DNA of 64,000 nucleotides from Dehalococcoidales bacterium. GTDB taxonomy: Bacteria > Chloroflexota > Dehalococcoidia > Dehalococcoidales > UBA2162. The translations under genes were made by a program, and so were the position numbers. Shown one piece after another: positions 29,247-39,668 of the stretch (position 1 is its first letter; each line of letters starts with the position of its first letter). The notes beneath the pieces are model-generated. The model did no database searches, was not told where the DNA came from, and saw only the letters and a program-made list of their open reading frames with translations. The stretch spans positions 3,998-67,997 of the forward strand of contig JAUYHA010000071.1 of the NCBI GenBank assembly GCA_030690265.1. The letters run 5' to 3'.

Positions 29247-29867
29247 TCAGTTAGAGGGAAAAGAAGAAACCGACACCTTGCTTTTAAAAGACGGTGAGGA
29301 AATATCCTCGGTGGACATTAATATGGCATCTTCCCTGTCATTGGTGTAGTAACCTTTTCGTAGACCTACCCTGGTGAAACCATACCGGGTATAGAGATTC
29401 TGGGCGGTAGTATTGGAGGCTCGGACCTCAAGAGTCACGATACGAACCTTTAACTTTCTAGCCAGGTTTATAGCCGAACCAAGTAACATTCCCCCTATTC
29501 CCTGGCGGCGGTATGTCTGGCGCACTCCGATAATGGTAATGTGCGCCTCATCAGATATAACCCACAAGCCGATAAACCCGATAATGTAATGTCTTATTGA
29601 CGGAGATGGCTCATCCGGCGGGAAGTGATTGAGTCCAAAGATACGTCTCAACCGGTAGGTCAGTCCGGTCAGCTTCCTATCTGAGGAGCCAGCCGCGGGC
29701 TGCTCAAATTTCTCTCCGTCACAAGCGATAATATAATGGGCTAGCCGATTTTTAAGTTCATGCTGGAAATTAGGTGGCGGCCATTCATTAGGAAAAGCTT
29801 CACGGTCAATTTCAGCAACCTGGCTAGCGTCTTCCTTATACATCGGGCGTACAAAGTAAGACAACAT
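29247..29867 (-). CDS. rimI: Ribosomal protein alanine N-acetyltransferase
   Basis: EAHI, RRQGIG, LEVRASN, RKGYY, EDA. Confidence 0.9.
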   Translation of the reverse strand: MLSYFVRPMYKEDASQVAEIDREAFPNEWPPPNFQHELKNRLAHYIIACDGEKFEQPAAGSSDRKLTGLTYRLRRIFGLNHFPPDEPSPSIRHYIIGFIGLWVISDEAHITIIGVRQTYRRQGIGGMLLGSAINLARKLKVRIVTLEVRASNTTAQNLYTRYGFTRVGLRKGYYTNDREDAILMSTEDISSPSFKSKVSVSSFPSN

Positions 29868-30004
29868 TTTTCCCTTCCTGTAGGGGGGTTTTGCTGTCGA
29901 CTTGAATCTGGCCGACGACGCCCCGAGACAAGTGAAAATACGCTCTTATTCATATCCTATACCCTTCTTCAGTTCTGGTCAATCCCTTTAAGAGTGTTTA
30001 CCAA

Positions 30005-30188
30005 TGTCATTGCGAGGGTTCGCAAGAACCTGTGGCAATCTATAAGATTTAGTGAGATTGCTTCGCGGAGCCTGTCCTGAGCGCTATGAGATTCTTCGCT
30101 ACGCTCAGAATGACACGAAGCGAAGGGTTCACCTTGAAGGGTTCAGCCCGAGTTCACCCCGAGGGGTTCTCCCTGAAGGGCTCGCAAT
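30005..30188. repeat. GTCATTGCGAG palindrome with nested modules
   Basis: Contains GAGATTCTTCGCTACGCTCAGAATGACA half-element and the TTCACC.TGAAGGG composite. Confidence 0.85.
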
Positions 30189-30332
30189 AAAACAAGAATC
30201 TTTGAAGGTGCTAGTCCAAAGAGTTTTGCCAGGATGGGCGAGATTTAGCTGTTAATTTTGGAATAAATTGAGCCAAAGCTATTGACATTTGAGTAGAGAA
30301 TGTTTTATCCTGCGTAAGAAAGGAGGGATGCT

Positions 30333-30473
30333 ATGCAGGCTTATTGTGTCAAGTGTCGCACCAAGAGAGAAATGAAAGATGCTAGACCCATAACCATGAA
30401 GAACGGAAGGCCGGCGACGCAGGGAGTTTGCCCGAACTGCGGCACCAAAATGTTCCGTATTGGAAAGGCTTAA
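30333..30473 (+). CDS. Small zinc-ribbon protein (DUF5679-like, 46 aa)
   Basis: MQAYCVKCRTKREMKDARPITMKNGRPATQGVCPNCGTKMFRIGKA; AAGGAGG RBS; below ORF-track cutoff. Confidence 0.9.
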   Translation: MQAYCVKCRTKREMKDARPITMKNGRPATQGVCPNCGTKMFRIGKA

Positions 30474-30504
30474 CACTAGATAGAGCGACTATCGCTAGCA
30501 GAGG

Positions 30505-30539
30505 AAAGGGCCGGGTATTGAAAGATACCGGCCCTTTTT
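30505..30539 (+). terminator. Intrinsic terminator
   Basis: AAAGGGCCGG..CCGGCCCTTTTT. Confidence 0.75.
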
Positions 30540-30586
30540 CAGTGGAGTAGTTGTTTGATTTCATTTATTGAGCAAGAACTGGTTTG

Positions 30587-31582
30587 TTAAAGTTGCCAGA
30601 CACTGCCCAGCTGCTGGTAATCGATAAGTCCGCTCTCGGCGATATTTTCAGTCTCGATTCCAGCCTCAAAGGCTGCAGCCACTGGATTGAGACCACCCAG
30701 TTGTACGATACCAAAGCGGTTTAAGTCCACCGGAATCTGGCAAACTGGCTCGCTGATATTGCCCAGGGCGTAAACCCCGCCAATGCCCGCTTCTTTGAGT
30801 AAAGCGATTTGCTCTTCGACGGCTTTTCTGGCCGGTGCCGGTATGGTGCGGAAAACGCCCAGTATTTTACCATTCCCGGTCCTGGCTGCTTCACCAACGC
30901 TTGTCATTCTGGCCTGGATGAACTGCTCGGAAGGGTCAAGAGATGTGCCGTCATACTTGATTATCGCCACGAAACGCCTTGGCCTGGCATTTTTGACTTC
31001 AAGCACACCACCAAAGCGGAACTCGGTAGGGACTCCAGCCTTTAGCAGCACTCCGTTTATAGTGACACTGCAAACGGTGGCGAAACCTGTTTTGCCCTTC
31101 GGGACAACTACGGAGCCGAGTTTTTCGTCCTCTTGAGCTACGGCAACCAGGTCACTGACGCAAATTCCAGCCTTGAAGGCGTCCTTCATGGCTGATAATG
31201 CCTTTTTGAACTTGTCCTTATCAATTAGTGAGGTATTTATGGATAATTGCCCGCTGAGTTTTTCAGGGTTAAAAGTGGTCTGATAAGCCAGCATCTCCAG
31301 CTTCTCCCGAACGAAACCTATCTGCTGTGGTGCCAGCGCTTCCTTAACCTCTTGCCGTCCTGCCGGAGTAATCATCCTGCCATCCCTACCTACCGGCTGA
31401 GTATAGCCGCGTTCATCGGCTATCCTCAGGTGATATCTAACGGCTCGCTCGCTTAAAAAAATGCCGTCATCCTCCAGCTGGCGGGCAATGGTAGTTGAGC
31501 CGAGAGGCTCTGATGATTCGCTTAAAATTTTGAGAATTAGTATTAGCTTGCTTTCGGCATCCGAGCCGACAAACTGTTCCAT
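30587..31582 (-). CDS. nrpR: Nitrogen repressor NrpR (wHTH plus one NRD domain)
   Basis: LSERAVRYHL, TVCSVTINGVL, GTSLDP, GGLNP. Confidence 0.88.
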   Translation of the reverse strand: MEQFVGSDAESKLILILKILSESSEPLGSTTIARQLEDDGIFLSERAVRYHLRIADERGYTQPVGRDGRMITPAGRQEVKEALAPQQIGFVREKLEMLAYQTTFNPEKLSGQLSINTSLIDKDKFKKALSAMKDAFKAGICVSDLVAVAQEDEKLGSVVVPKGKTGFATVCSVTINGVLLKAGVPTEFRFGGVLEVKNARPRRFVAIIKYDGTSLDPSEQFIQARMTSVGEAARTGNGKILGVFRTIPAPARKAVEEQIALLKEAGIGGVYALGNISEPVCQIPVDLNRFGIVQLGGLNPVAAAFEAGIETENIAESGLIDYQQLGSVWQL

Positions 31583-31593
31583 AATCGGTTTCT

Positions 31594-33369
31594 TTACTCC
31601 TGGTTTTTGGCGTTATCCCCTTTGAATCTGTTGGTAATGGGCAGCCTTCTATCCCTGCCGAAGGCACGGGGAGTTATCTTAACCCCCGGCGGTGCCTGGC
31701 GGCGCTTGTACTCGCTGCCGTCTACCAGGCGGGCTGCCCGCTTGACCACCTGTTCATCAATTCCCATAGCAATAATCTGCTCAACACTTTTATCTTCCTC
31801 AACATAGGCGGTTAATACCGGGTCGAGCAGTTCATAGGGAGGTAAAGTATCAATATCTTTTTGCTCCGGCTTCAGTTCCGCCGAGGGGGGTTTATCTATG
31901 ATTACGGCCGGTATTAGTTCTGACCCGGCAAGTGAATTTCGGCATCTGGCAAGTTGGTAAACCATTGTCTTGGTGACATCCTTAATTACGGCAAAGCCAC
32001 CAGCCATATCTCCGTATAATGTTGTGTAACCGGTAGCCATCTCGCTTTTGTTACCCGTGGTCAGCACCAGCCAGCCGAACTTGTTTGACAGTGCCATGAG
32101 GAGATTACCCCGGATACGTGCCTGAATATTTTCTTCGGTTACATTGGGTTGGGTACCTTTGAAAGGCTCCGCCAGTGTATCCAGATATGCCTGGAATACC
32201 TTTTCGATGGGAATGGTCATCAGTTTTATACCCAGATTTGCCGTTAAAAGCTCGGTATCTGACAGGCTGCCTTTGGAAGAATATCTTGAAGGCATAGCTA
32301 CCCCGATTACATTCGACTTGCCCAGGGCGTCAAGGGCGATGGTTGCCACCAGGGCTGAGTCTACGCCTCCGGAGAGACCTATCAGCACTTTCTGAAAGCC
32401 GTTTTTCCGGACATAGTCATGGGTGCCCAAAACCAGAGCCTTGTAGACCTCAGCGGGCAGGCTGTAACTTTCAACCTGCCTGTCGGGCAACAGCGGTTTT
32501 TCAGTGGTGAAGGGAGCCTCAGAAATTATTGTTTTTCTGGTTTGTCCCCATTCTTGCTCCCGGCTGCGCGGTAATCTCTTTCTCCACCTGGGGTCATGAA
32601 GGCGAGCCCGAAACACGGATTCAACGTCAAGGTCAGTTACTATCAGGTCTTCTTCAAACTGTTTTCCTCTGGCTATCAATTGGCCCTTCTCGTTGGCTAT
32701 CACGCTGTTGCCATCAAACACCAGCTCATCCTGTCCCCCCACCAGGTTGTTATAAGCAAAAATAGCCACATTGTCGGCAGCACGTGTCGCTATCATTCTT
32801 TCTCTGGAGCTTCCTTTGCCAAAGTGGTAGGGGGAAGCACTGATGTTGACGATAACCTCAGCCCCGGAGTAAGCCTGAGCAGTAGCCGGGCCTGACTCGT
32901 ACCAGATATCTTCGCAGATAGTGACACTAACCGTGACGCCGGCGATGACATAAACAGGATATTCGCTCCCTGCCCGGAAATAGCGGTTCTCATCAAAGAC
33001 GCCGTAGTTGGGCAGAAATATCTTGTGGTAGACACCAGCAAGTTTGCCATCATGGATTACAGCGGCGGCGTTATAGATATCTTCTCTGGCATCAACGAAG
33101 CCAATCATGATGCTGAGTCCTTTTGAAGCCTCAGCTACCTTTTCCAGAGACCGCAGGTTTTCGGTGATAAACTGGGGCTTAAAGAGCAGGTCTTCCGGGG
33201 GATAGCCGCAGATGGCAAGCTCGGGAAAAGTAAGCAGGTCTACACCCAGAGACCTGGCTTCGTCACTGGCTTTCAGGATTTTTCGCCTGTTACCGGCAAA
33301 GTCGCCCACGGTGGTGTTAATCTGAGCCATACCAAGGCGCAATCGGCGTCCGTCAACCCATGACGGCAT
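31594..33369 (-). CDS. nadE: Glutamine-dependent NAD+ synthetase
   Basis: FPEL..GYPPED, ICEDIW, SGGVDS, NIQARIR, TGNKSE. Confidence 0.96.
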   Translation of the reverse strand: MPSWVDGRRLRLGMAQINTTVGDFAGNRRKILKASDEARSLGVDLLTFPELAICGYPPEDLLFKPQFITENLRSLEKVAEASKGLSIMIGFVDAREDIYNAAAVIHDGKLAGVYHKIFLPNYGVFDENRYFRAGSEYPVYVIAGVTVSVTICEDIWYESGPATAQAYSGAEVIVNISASPYHFGKGSSRERMIATRAADNVAIFAYNNLVGGQDELVFDGNSVIANEKGQLIARGKQFEEDLIVTDLDVESVFRARLHDPRWRKRLPRSREQEWGQTRKTIISEAPFTTEKPLLPDRQVESYSLPAEVYKALVLGTHDYVRKNGFQKVLIGLSGGVDSALVATIALDALGKSNVIGVAMPSRYSSKGSLSDTELLTANLGIKLMTIPIEKVFQAYLDTLAEPFKGTQPNVTEENIQARIRGNLLMALSNKFGWLVLTTGNKSEMATGYTTLYGDMAGGFAVIKDVTKTMVYQLARCRNSLAGSELIPAVIIDKPPSAELKPEQKDIDTLPPYELLDPVLTAYVEEDKSVEQIIAMGIDEQVVKRAARLVDGSEYKRRQAPPGVKITPRAFGRDRRLPITNRFKGDNAKNQE

Positions 33370-33415
33370 CGTTATCGCCCCCTCGTCTCATCATATTGCA
33401 TTTTTACCTTGCCCC

Positions 33416-34174
33416 TCAGTAGGTATAGAGTCTCCCGTAAGGTCGGAGCCAGCGGGGGAACAGCTTGATGAACTTGTGTTTTAGTATCTCCTCAGATTCG
33501 TAGTTAAAATGGGCTGCGAATTCACCAACAAATTGGTGAAGAACCTGATAGTCGTCTTCTTGAAGCTCCGTAATGCCAACTTCTTTGCCCAGCTGGTAAT
33601 CTTCAACATTACCTCTCAGATAGATGACGCCGCCGTGCATTCCGGTTCCGATAAATCTGGCTTTGTGAGGCTCGTTTTCTCCGAGATTCAGACCCAGGAG
33701 AATCAATACCCCGCCCGCCATATACTCGCCGAGGAAGTCCTGGGCAGTGCCGCCGATGACGAGCACCGGTTTTTTCTCCTGGTACTCCTTCATATGGATG
33801 CCAGCCCGGTAGCCGACATCCTCCCGGACATAGATTTTACCACCTCTAGCCGATAGACCAATAATGTCCCCGGCACGCCCATGAATAATTATCTCTCCCT
33901 CATTCATCGTGTTGCCGCAGCCGTCCTGGGCATTACCGCGGACAATAATCCTCGGTCCGTTCATAAAGGCTCCCAGGTCGTTGCCCGGGGTACCGAATAT
34001 CTCAAGTTCTATCGGCTTATTGAGGTCAGTGCCAATATATCTCTGCCCGTAGACATTGTAAAGTTCGACCTTTCGGGTACCATTCAGGGTTGCCTCCCTC
34101 AGGCTGGCGTTAAGTTCCCGGTAATGAAGGCCGGTGGCATCTATTTTGACTATTGAGTTGTCTTTCTTTGCCAT
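33416..34174 (-). CDS. Glutamate synthase GXGXG-domain subunit
   Basis: GQRYIG, GNDLGAFM, FLGEYMAGG. Confidence 0.9.
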   Translation of the reverse strand: MAKKDNSIVKIDATGLHYRELNASLREATLNGTRKVELYNVYGQRYIGTDLNKPIELEIFGTPGNDLGAFMNGPRIIVRGNAQDGCGNTMNEGEIIIHGRAGDIIGLSARGGKIYVREDVGYRAGIHMKEYQEKKPVLVIGGTAQDFLGEYMAGGVLILLGLNLGENEPHKARFIGTGMHGGVIYLRGNVEDYQLGKEVGITELQEDDYQVLHQFVGEFAAHFNYESEEILKHKFIKLFPRWLRPYGRLYTY

Positions 34175-34176
34175 TG

Positions 34177-35682
34177 CTAACTTCCTGCCATGGGTACTCC
34201 CAGAATTTTAAGCTCGGTATCAGTTAAGCCGACACCTCTCAGGTGCAGGCGGTTGCCCCGCAGGCTCTCCAGAGCATTGATGCCCATCCCACCCAGTATA
34301 TCTTTCAGTTCAAGGCTCCAGCCCCGAAGCAGGTTAGCCAACCGGCGAGCGCCGATGTCCGGGTTGACCCTCTTGGTCAAGCGCAGGTCAGTGGTGGTGA
34401 TACCCCAGGCACATTTGCCGGTATGACACTGCTGGCAGACGGTGCAGCCCAGGGCGATAAGAGCGGCTGTGCCGATATAGACAGCGTCAGCGCCAAGAGC
34501 GATAGCTTTAGCCACATCACCGCTGTTTCTTATCCCTCCCGAAACGACAACGGAAGCCTGGTTGCGGATGCCTTCCTGCCTTAAGCGGCTATCCACCGAG
34601 GCGAGGGCCATCTCAATGGGAATGCCAACATTATCGCGAATAATCTTGGGAGCCGCACCGGTAGCCCCTCTGAGTCCGTCGAGGACGATGATATCGGCCC
34701 CGCCTCTCACCATACCGCTGGCGATAGCAGCCGAGTTATGGACGGCGGCAATCTTGACAGCTACCGGTTTGGTGTAGTTGGTTGCCTCTTTCAGGGCATA
34801 GATAAGCTGAGACAGGTCTTCAATAGAGTAAATATCGTGCTGTGGTGCCGGTGATAGGGCATCAGTGCCCTGGGGAATCATCCGGGTCAGCGATATCTCG
34901 GCGCTGACCTTTTCTCCGGGCAGGTGTCCGCCAATTCCAGGCTTAGCTCCCTGACCAATCTTAATCTCAACTATACTGGCTACATCCAGGTATTCAGCAT
35001 GAACGCCGAAGCGCCCGGACGCTACTTGAACGATGGTGTTTTTGCCATATTTGTATAGACTGGAATGAAGCCCGCCTTCTCCGGTATTCCAGAGGGTGCC
35101 CATCTCTGTGGCGGCTCTGGCTAAAGACTCATGCACATTAAGGCTCACGGCTCCGTAAGACATAGCAGCAAACATCACCGGTACTTCCAGTTTTACCTGG
35201 GGAGGCAGTTCTGTTTTCAAATTGAAGGAATCTAAATCTATGTCCAGCCGGTCGGGTTTTCGTCCCAGATAGGTGGTAAGCTCCATTGGTTCACGAAGCG
35301 GGTCAATGGAGGGATTGGTTACCTGGCTGGCATTAAGTACCAGATGGTCCCAGTAGACGCGCTGGCCCTTATCATTACCCATACCAGTAAGGAGCATCCC
35401 GCCGCTTTCCGCCTGTTTTATGATGTCTTCAATAATTTCGGGACGCCAGTTATAGTTTTCCCGGTAGTCCAGCGGCCTTCGGCTGATAGTCAAGGCTCCG
35501 GTGGGGCAAAAGAGCACGCAGCGGTGGCAGCCGACACAGTTTTCCTCACAGCTCCTTACCGCGTCATCTTCAGCATCATAGTAATGAGTGTCGAAGGTGC
35601 ACTGATTGAGACAGACCTGGCAGCGGATGCACCGCTCATCGTCCCGCTGGACTATGAATTTGGATGGTAGATAGGTCTTCAT
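34177..35682 (-). CDS. Glutamate synthase FMN subunit with N-terminal 2x4Fe-4S (archaeal type)
   Basis: AMSYGA, NTGEGG, QVASGRFG, KIGQGAKPG.GG.LPG.K, CTVCQQCHTGKC. Confidence 0.93.
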   Translation of the reverse strand: MKTYLPSKFIVQRDDERCIRCQVCLNQCTFDTHYYDAEDDAVRSCEENCVGCHRCVLFCPTGALTISRRPLDYRENYNWRPEIIEDIIKQAESGGMLLTGMGNDKGQRVYWDHLVLNASQVTNPSIDPLREPMELTTYLGRKPDRLDIDLDSFNLKTELPPQVKLEVPVMFAAMSYGAVSLNVHESLARAATEMGTLWNTGEGGLHSSLYKYGKNTIVQVASGRFGVHAEYLDVASIVEIKIGQGAKPGIGGHLPGEKVSAEISLTRMIPQGTDALSPAPQHDIYSIEDLSQLIYALKEATNYTKPVAVKIAAVHNSAAIASGMVRGGADIIVLDGLRGATGAAPKIIRDNVGIPIEMALASVDSRLRQEGIRNQASVVVSGGIRNSGDVAKAIALGADAVYIGTAALIALGCTVCQQCHTGKCAWGITTTDLRLTKRVNPDIGARRLANLLRGWSLELKDILGGMGINALESLRGNRLHLRGVGLTDTELKILGVPMAGS

Positions 35683-35690
35683 TTTTTCTC

Positions 35691-36467
35691 CTAGGTTCGT
35701 ATCGGAATCTCCCGTTTTGCAAGGTATTCTTTTATCTGGCTGATAGAATAAGTCCCGTAATGGAAGATGCTGGCGGCAAGCACCGCATCCGCCTTGCCCG
35801 AGACCAGGGCTTGATAGAGGTCTTCCGGGTTGCCGGCGCCGCCGCTGGCAACTACGGGCACGCTAACGCTCTCAGAGATGGCTCTCAGCAGTTCCAGGTC
35901 GTAGCCTGCTTGAGTGCCATCGGCGTCGATGCTGTTTACCACGATTTCACCGGCGCCCAGGGCAACAGCCTTTTTCGCCCACTCGATGGCATCCAGCCCG
36001 GCAGGGCGGCCGCCGTTAGCTCCGGTGTGGGTGAATACCTCCCATCGTGGAGGGCTTGAGCCGGGAACCCGTTTGGCATCCATGCCCAGGACAATACACT
36101 GGCTGCCGAACCGCCGGGCGCCTTCCGTAATGAGGTCCGGGTTCTGGACGGCAGCGGTGTTGATGGAGACCTTATCAGCACCGGATTCCAGCATGAGGCG
36201 CATATCCTCCACGCTGCGGAGACCGCCACCGACGGTAAGGGGAATAAATACCTGGCTGGCGGTGCGTTTCATTACCTCCAGCATGATGGGGCGCTCATCG
36301 CTGGAAGCCGTGATGTCATAGAAGACCAGCTCGTCAGCGCCTTCTTCGTTATAGAAGGCAGCCAGCTCCACCGGGTCACCAGCGTCACGGTGGTCCTGAA
36401 ACTTGACCCCTTTGACCACCCGCCCGTTCTTCACATCCAGGCAGGGAACTATTCTCTTGGTCAGCAT
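35691..36467 (-). CDS. hisF: IGP synthase cyclase subunit
   Basis: [27 protein letters not shown]. Confidence 0.96.
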   Translation of the reverse strand: MLTKRIVPCLDVKNGRVVKGVKFQDHRDAGDPVELAAFYNEEGADELVFYDITASSDERPIMLEVMKRTASQVFIPLTVGGGLRSVEDMRLMLESGADKVSINTAAVQNPDLITEGARRFGSQCIVLGMDAKRVPGSSPPRWEVFTHTGANGGRPAGLDAIEWAKKAVALGAGEIVVNSIDADGTQAGYDLELLRAISESVSVPVVASGGAGNPEDLYQALVSGKADAVLAASIFHYGTYSISQIKEYLAKREIPIRT

Positions 36468-36468
36468 T

Positions 36469-37620
36469 TCATACTGCCTCCCCCGCCGTTACTTTTTCTT
36501 TCCTGGCTTTCTGCTTCCGGGCTGGCGTTTTCAGCCTGGCGACAACCGGTTCTCCGCCCATAGGAATCCAGACTTTATCCAGTTCAGGAGATATCAGGCG
36601 GATAGCCGATTCCTCCGAGGAGAGATAGAGCATATCACCTTTTTCTCCTACGGTTAGCGGGCGCAGCCTGATGCGGTCGTTCAAGCCTATCATTTCACCG
36701 TGGTGGGCGATTATTACTGCAAAGGGCCCGTTTAAGAGCAAGCTACCGTATACCTGGCGCAAAGCTCTCATCAGGTCCTGCTCTCCTGACGGCATACGTT
36801 CAATTTCGCTCCAGAAGGGTGGTGCCAGTATTTTGGCTGTTATTTCCAGGGGCATATTGTGCTTGCGCATGAGCAGGTCAATTGCGTAAGCCACTACTTC
36901 GGTGTCCGTCTGCATGGTGCAGGAATAGCCGAACTGCTCCAGATAGCGGCGGTTAATTCCATAGGAAGAAATCTCGCCGTTGTGAACAACGGTCCAGTCC
37001 AGAATACAGAAGGGGTGAGCCCCACCCCACCAGCCTGGGGTGTTGGTGGGAAAACGTCCGTGGGATGTCCATAAATAACCCTCATACTCTTCCAGTCCGA
37101 AGTAGTCGGCTATCTCCTCCGGGTAGCCTACTCCCTTGAATACCGCCATATTCTTGCCGCTGGAAAAAACAAAACTGTCGCTCAACCTGGTGTTTATTTC
37201 CATCACTCTGTCCACGACATAATCATCTTCAGATTGTTTTTTGAGATGGTGCTGACCTATCTTAAGAAAGTAGCGCCATACCGCCGGAGGGTTGGTGATT
37301 TTTGGTGTTGGTCTGGTCGGCACTTCCTCCTGGTAGACCGGCTTGAAATGCTGCTGGAGAAATGCCTCCGTTTCCTGCTTTCCTTTCTGGCTCAGGTACA
37401 TAATATGGAGGGCATAGCAGTCGGCGTACTCAGGGTATAAGCCGTAGACAGCGAATCCGCCGCCCAGCCCGTTGCCCCGGTCGTGCATATTGGCAATAGC
37501 CCTGATGACACCTTCTCCGGAAAACCTCCTGCCCGAGGTATCCATGGCGCCGAAGATAGAGCAGGCGTCAATTACCTTGCTTTCTTGATAAGGGTTATTA
37601 ACTTGCCAGAGGTCTTTCAC
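36469..37620 (-). CDS. Class II glutamine amidotransferase (glutamate synthase domain 1)
   Basis: CSIFG, HDRG, HGRFPTN, AHPF, HNGEI, DTE, LRP. Confidence 0.9.
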   Translation of the reverse strand: MKDLWQVNNPYQESKVIDACSIFGAMDTSGRRFSGEGVIRAIANMHDRGNGLGGGFAVYGLYPEYADCYALHIMYLSQKGKQETEAFLQQHFKPVYQEEVPTRPTPKITNPPAVWRYFLKIGQHHLKKQSEDDYVVDRVMEINTRLSDSFVFSSGKNMAVFKGVGYPEEIADYFGLEEYEGYLWTSHGRFPTNTPGWWGGAHPFCILDWTVVHNGEISSYGINRRYLEQFGYSCTMQTDTEVVAYAIDLLMRKHNMPLEITAKILAPPFWSEIERMPSGEQDLMRALRQVYGSLLLNGPFAVIIAHHGEMIGLNDRIRLRPLTVGEKGDMLYLSSEESAIRLISPELDKVWIPMGGEPVVARLKTPARKQKARKEKVTAGEAV

Positions 37621-37646
37621 TTCAGTTCTTCCTGGAATACGGAATG

Positions 37647-38993
37647 CTATTCGCCGACGAGTATCTCTTCAGCCTGTTCAACAGCGGTCACCGGAGAGCC
37701 TGCTGTTGAAGGCAGCCACGCCAGGCGCTGCCGCCAGATTTCTTCAGGGAGAGAAGACAGGCCAAAATCGTCAGCAACCAGTACCTGCTTAAAAGTCCCG
37801 ACATTTATTCTATCTTTCATCAGGTTGTAAATAATGCCTGACTTCTCAATATCACCACTGAAGACCATGCCCACAATCAGTCCATCCTTCAAGACTATTT
37901 TCCGGTAGATGGAGTCGTCCCTGGAGCTGATTACTTCGTATCTATCATCGGGCGGGGCTACTATGCCTGCCGAGACGATATTGGTGCCAAAGTATTTTAT
38001 TGAGTTCATTGCTGTGCCCCCGGGATATTCTGCCAGAATACCGGCCATGTTCAAGCCGGCAACCCTGCCTCCCGAGTAAGCGTTAGGCCAGATAGGGGTG
38101 AGGCGGTTCTCTCCGTAAACGAAATCGTAAGCCTCGGCTACGTCGCCGCAGGCATAAACATCGGGTCGGGAGGTAGCCATATGGCGGTCAACAACTATGC
38201 CCCGGTTTACCTTTATTTCGGTGCCGGTGACAAGCTCGGTGCGCGGCCGGACACCGATGGCTATAATTACCATTTCGCAGGGCAGCGTCTGGCCGTCATC
38301 GAGGCTGACGCCGGTGGCTTCACCGGGCAGGTAGCTGGTAATTTTCTCCACAGTATGTCCTGTTATAACTTCAACCCCGGCTTTCTTCAGGATTTTCTCT
38401 TTCAAGGCTGAGGCTTCTTCATCAAGGATAACATTTAGGACACGGTCCTTCATCTCAATGATGGTGGTCTCGACATCCCGTTTCACCAGTGCTTCCGCAA
38501 CGCTTACCCCGATGAGCCCGCCGCCGATGACTACAGTTCTTACCTTTCTGCGGTGCTCAGCCAGGAACTGGTCAATTGCCCTGGCGTCATCAAGTCTGGT
38601 AAAGGTAAAGACTCCCTGCAGTTCAATACCCGCCATTGGGGGGAGAATAGGCGAACCGCCGGTAGCCAGCAGCAGTTTCTCCCAGCCAAGTGTCTGACCA
38701 TTTTCCAGCTCAACGGTATGTTTGGGGAAATCGAGCTTTACCACTTTCTTACCGAGAATCGTCTGGATGTGGTTCTTTTCGTAGAAATCAGGGGGACGGA
38801 AGAGCATCTTTTTCAGGGGACGCCTCTCGGACAGGTGCTCGGCGATAAGGGGTCGTGAATAGACGGGGTAAGGCTCATCGGAAATAATGCTGATTGCGCC
38901 GGTCTTATCCAGCGTACGGATAGCTTCAGCCGCCCCGATACCACCGGCCGAGTTGCCGATAATCAAATACTTTATTTTCTCTATTTTTGCCAT
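37647..38993 (-). CDS. FAD/NAD(P)-dependent oxidoreductase
   Basis: IIGNSAGG, LLATG, VIGGGLIG, VYACGD. Confidence 0.92.
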   Translation of the reverse strand: MAKIEKIKYLIIGNSAGGIGAAEAIRTLDKTGAISIISDEPYPVYSRPLIAEHLSERRPLKKMLFRPPDFYEKNHIQTILGKKVVKLDFPKHTVELENGQTLGWEKLLLATGGSPILPPMAGIELQGVFTFTRLDDARAIDQFLAEHRRKVRTVVIGGGLIGVSVAEALVKRDVETTIIEMKDRVLNVILDEEASALKEKILKKAGVEVITGHTVEKITSYLPGEATGVSLDDGQTLPCEMVIIAIGVRPRTELVTGTEIKVNRGIVVDRHMATSRPDVYACGDVAEAYDFVYGENRLTPIWPNAYSGGRVAGLNMAGILAEYPGGTAMNSIKYFGTNIVSAGIVAPPDDRYEVISSRDDSIYRKIVLKDGLIVGMVFSGDIEKSGIIYNLMKDRINVGTFKQVLVADDFGLSSLPEEIWRQRLAWLPSTAGSPVTAVEQAEEILVGE

Positions 38994-39012
38994 CTCTTAC
39001 CGCCTGATTTAC

Positions 39013-39642
39013 TTATCTTCCCGTTACTTCCGCTCCCAGAGCAATTTTAATGAAATTATCGTACATCTTGAGACCGAGTTCTCCGCTCTTCTCCGGGTGA
39101 AACTGGGTGGCTATCAGGTTCCCCCGGGCAATGACACTGGCCATTGAGATACCGTATTCAGTCTCACCGATGACGAACGATTTGTCCTCCGGTTCGGCGT
39201 AGTAGCTGTGGACAAAGTAAAAGTTCGCTTCATTGGCTATGCCGTCAAAAATAGGGTGGGATTTGGTCTGTTTTACCTGGTTCCAGCCCATGTGGGGAAT
39301 CTTCAAGCCCTGAGGAAGCCGGCGAACCCTTCCGGGGATGATATCCAGACACTCATGCCGGCCGCCTTCCTCGGTTGCCGTGAACAAAACCTGCAACCCG
39401 ATACAGACACCGAAAAAGGGCCGGCCTTCGGCAATAAGATGCCGTATCGGGTTGACCAGTCCCAGTTTCTTCAGGCTGGCTACGGTATCAGCCGCCGCCC
39501 CGACTCCGGGCAGAATAACAACCCGGGCAGACAGCACCTCATCCGGGCTGCTGGTTACCTCTGGCTGGTAGCCCAGTTTATTGATGGCGTTAGCTACACT
39601 GCGGAGGTTGCCACTGCCGTAATCAATGATAGTAATTTTCAT
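39013..39642 (-). CDS. hisH: IGP synthase glutaminase subunit
   Basis: DYGSGNL, PGVG, GVCIG, PHMGWN, YFVHSY, QFHPEKS. Confidence 0.96.
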   Translation of the reverse strand: MKITIIDYGSGNLRSVANAINKLGYQPEVTSSPDEVLSARVVILPGVGAAADTVASLKKLGLVNPIRHLIAEGRPFFGVCIGLQVLFTATEEGGRHECLDIIPGRVRRLPQGLKIPHMGWNQVKQTKSHPIFDGIANEANFYFVHSYYAEPEDKSFVIGETEYGISMASVIARGNLIATQFHPEKSGELGLKMYDNFIKIALGAEVTGR

Positions 39643-39668
39643 ATCATTCCCTCGAACCGGGCCCACAG

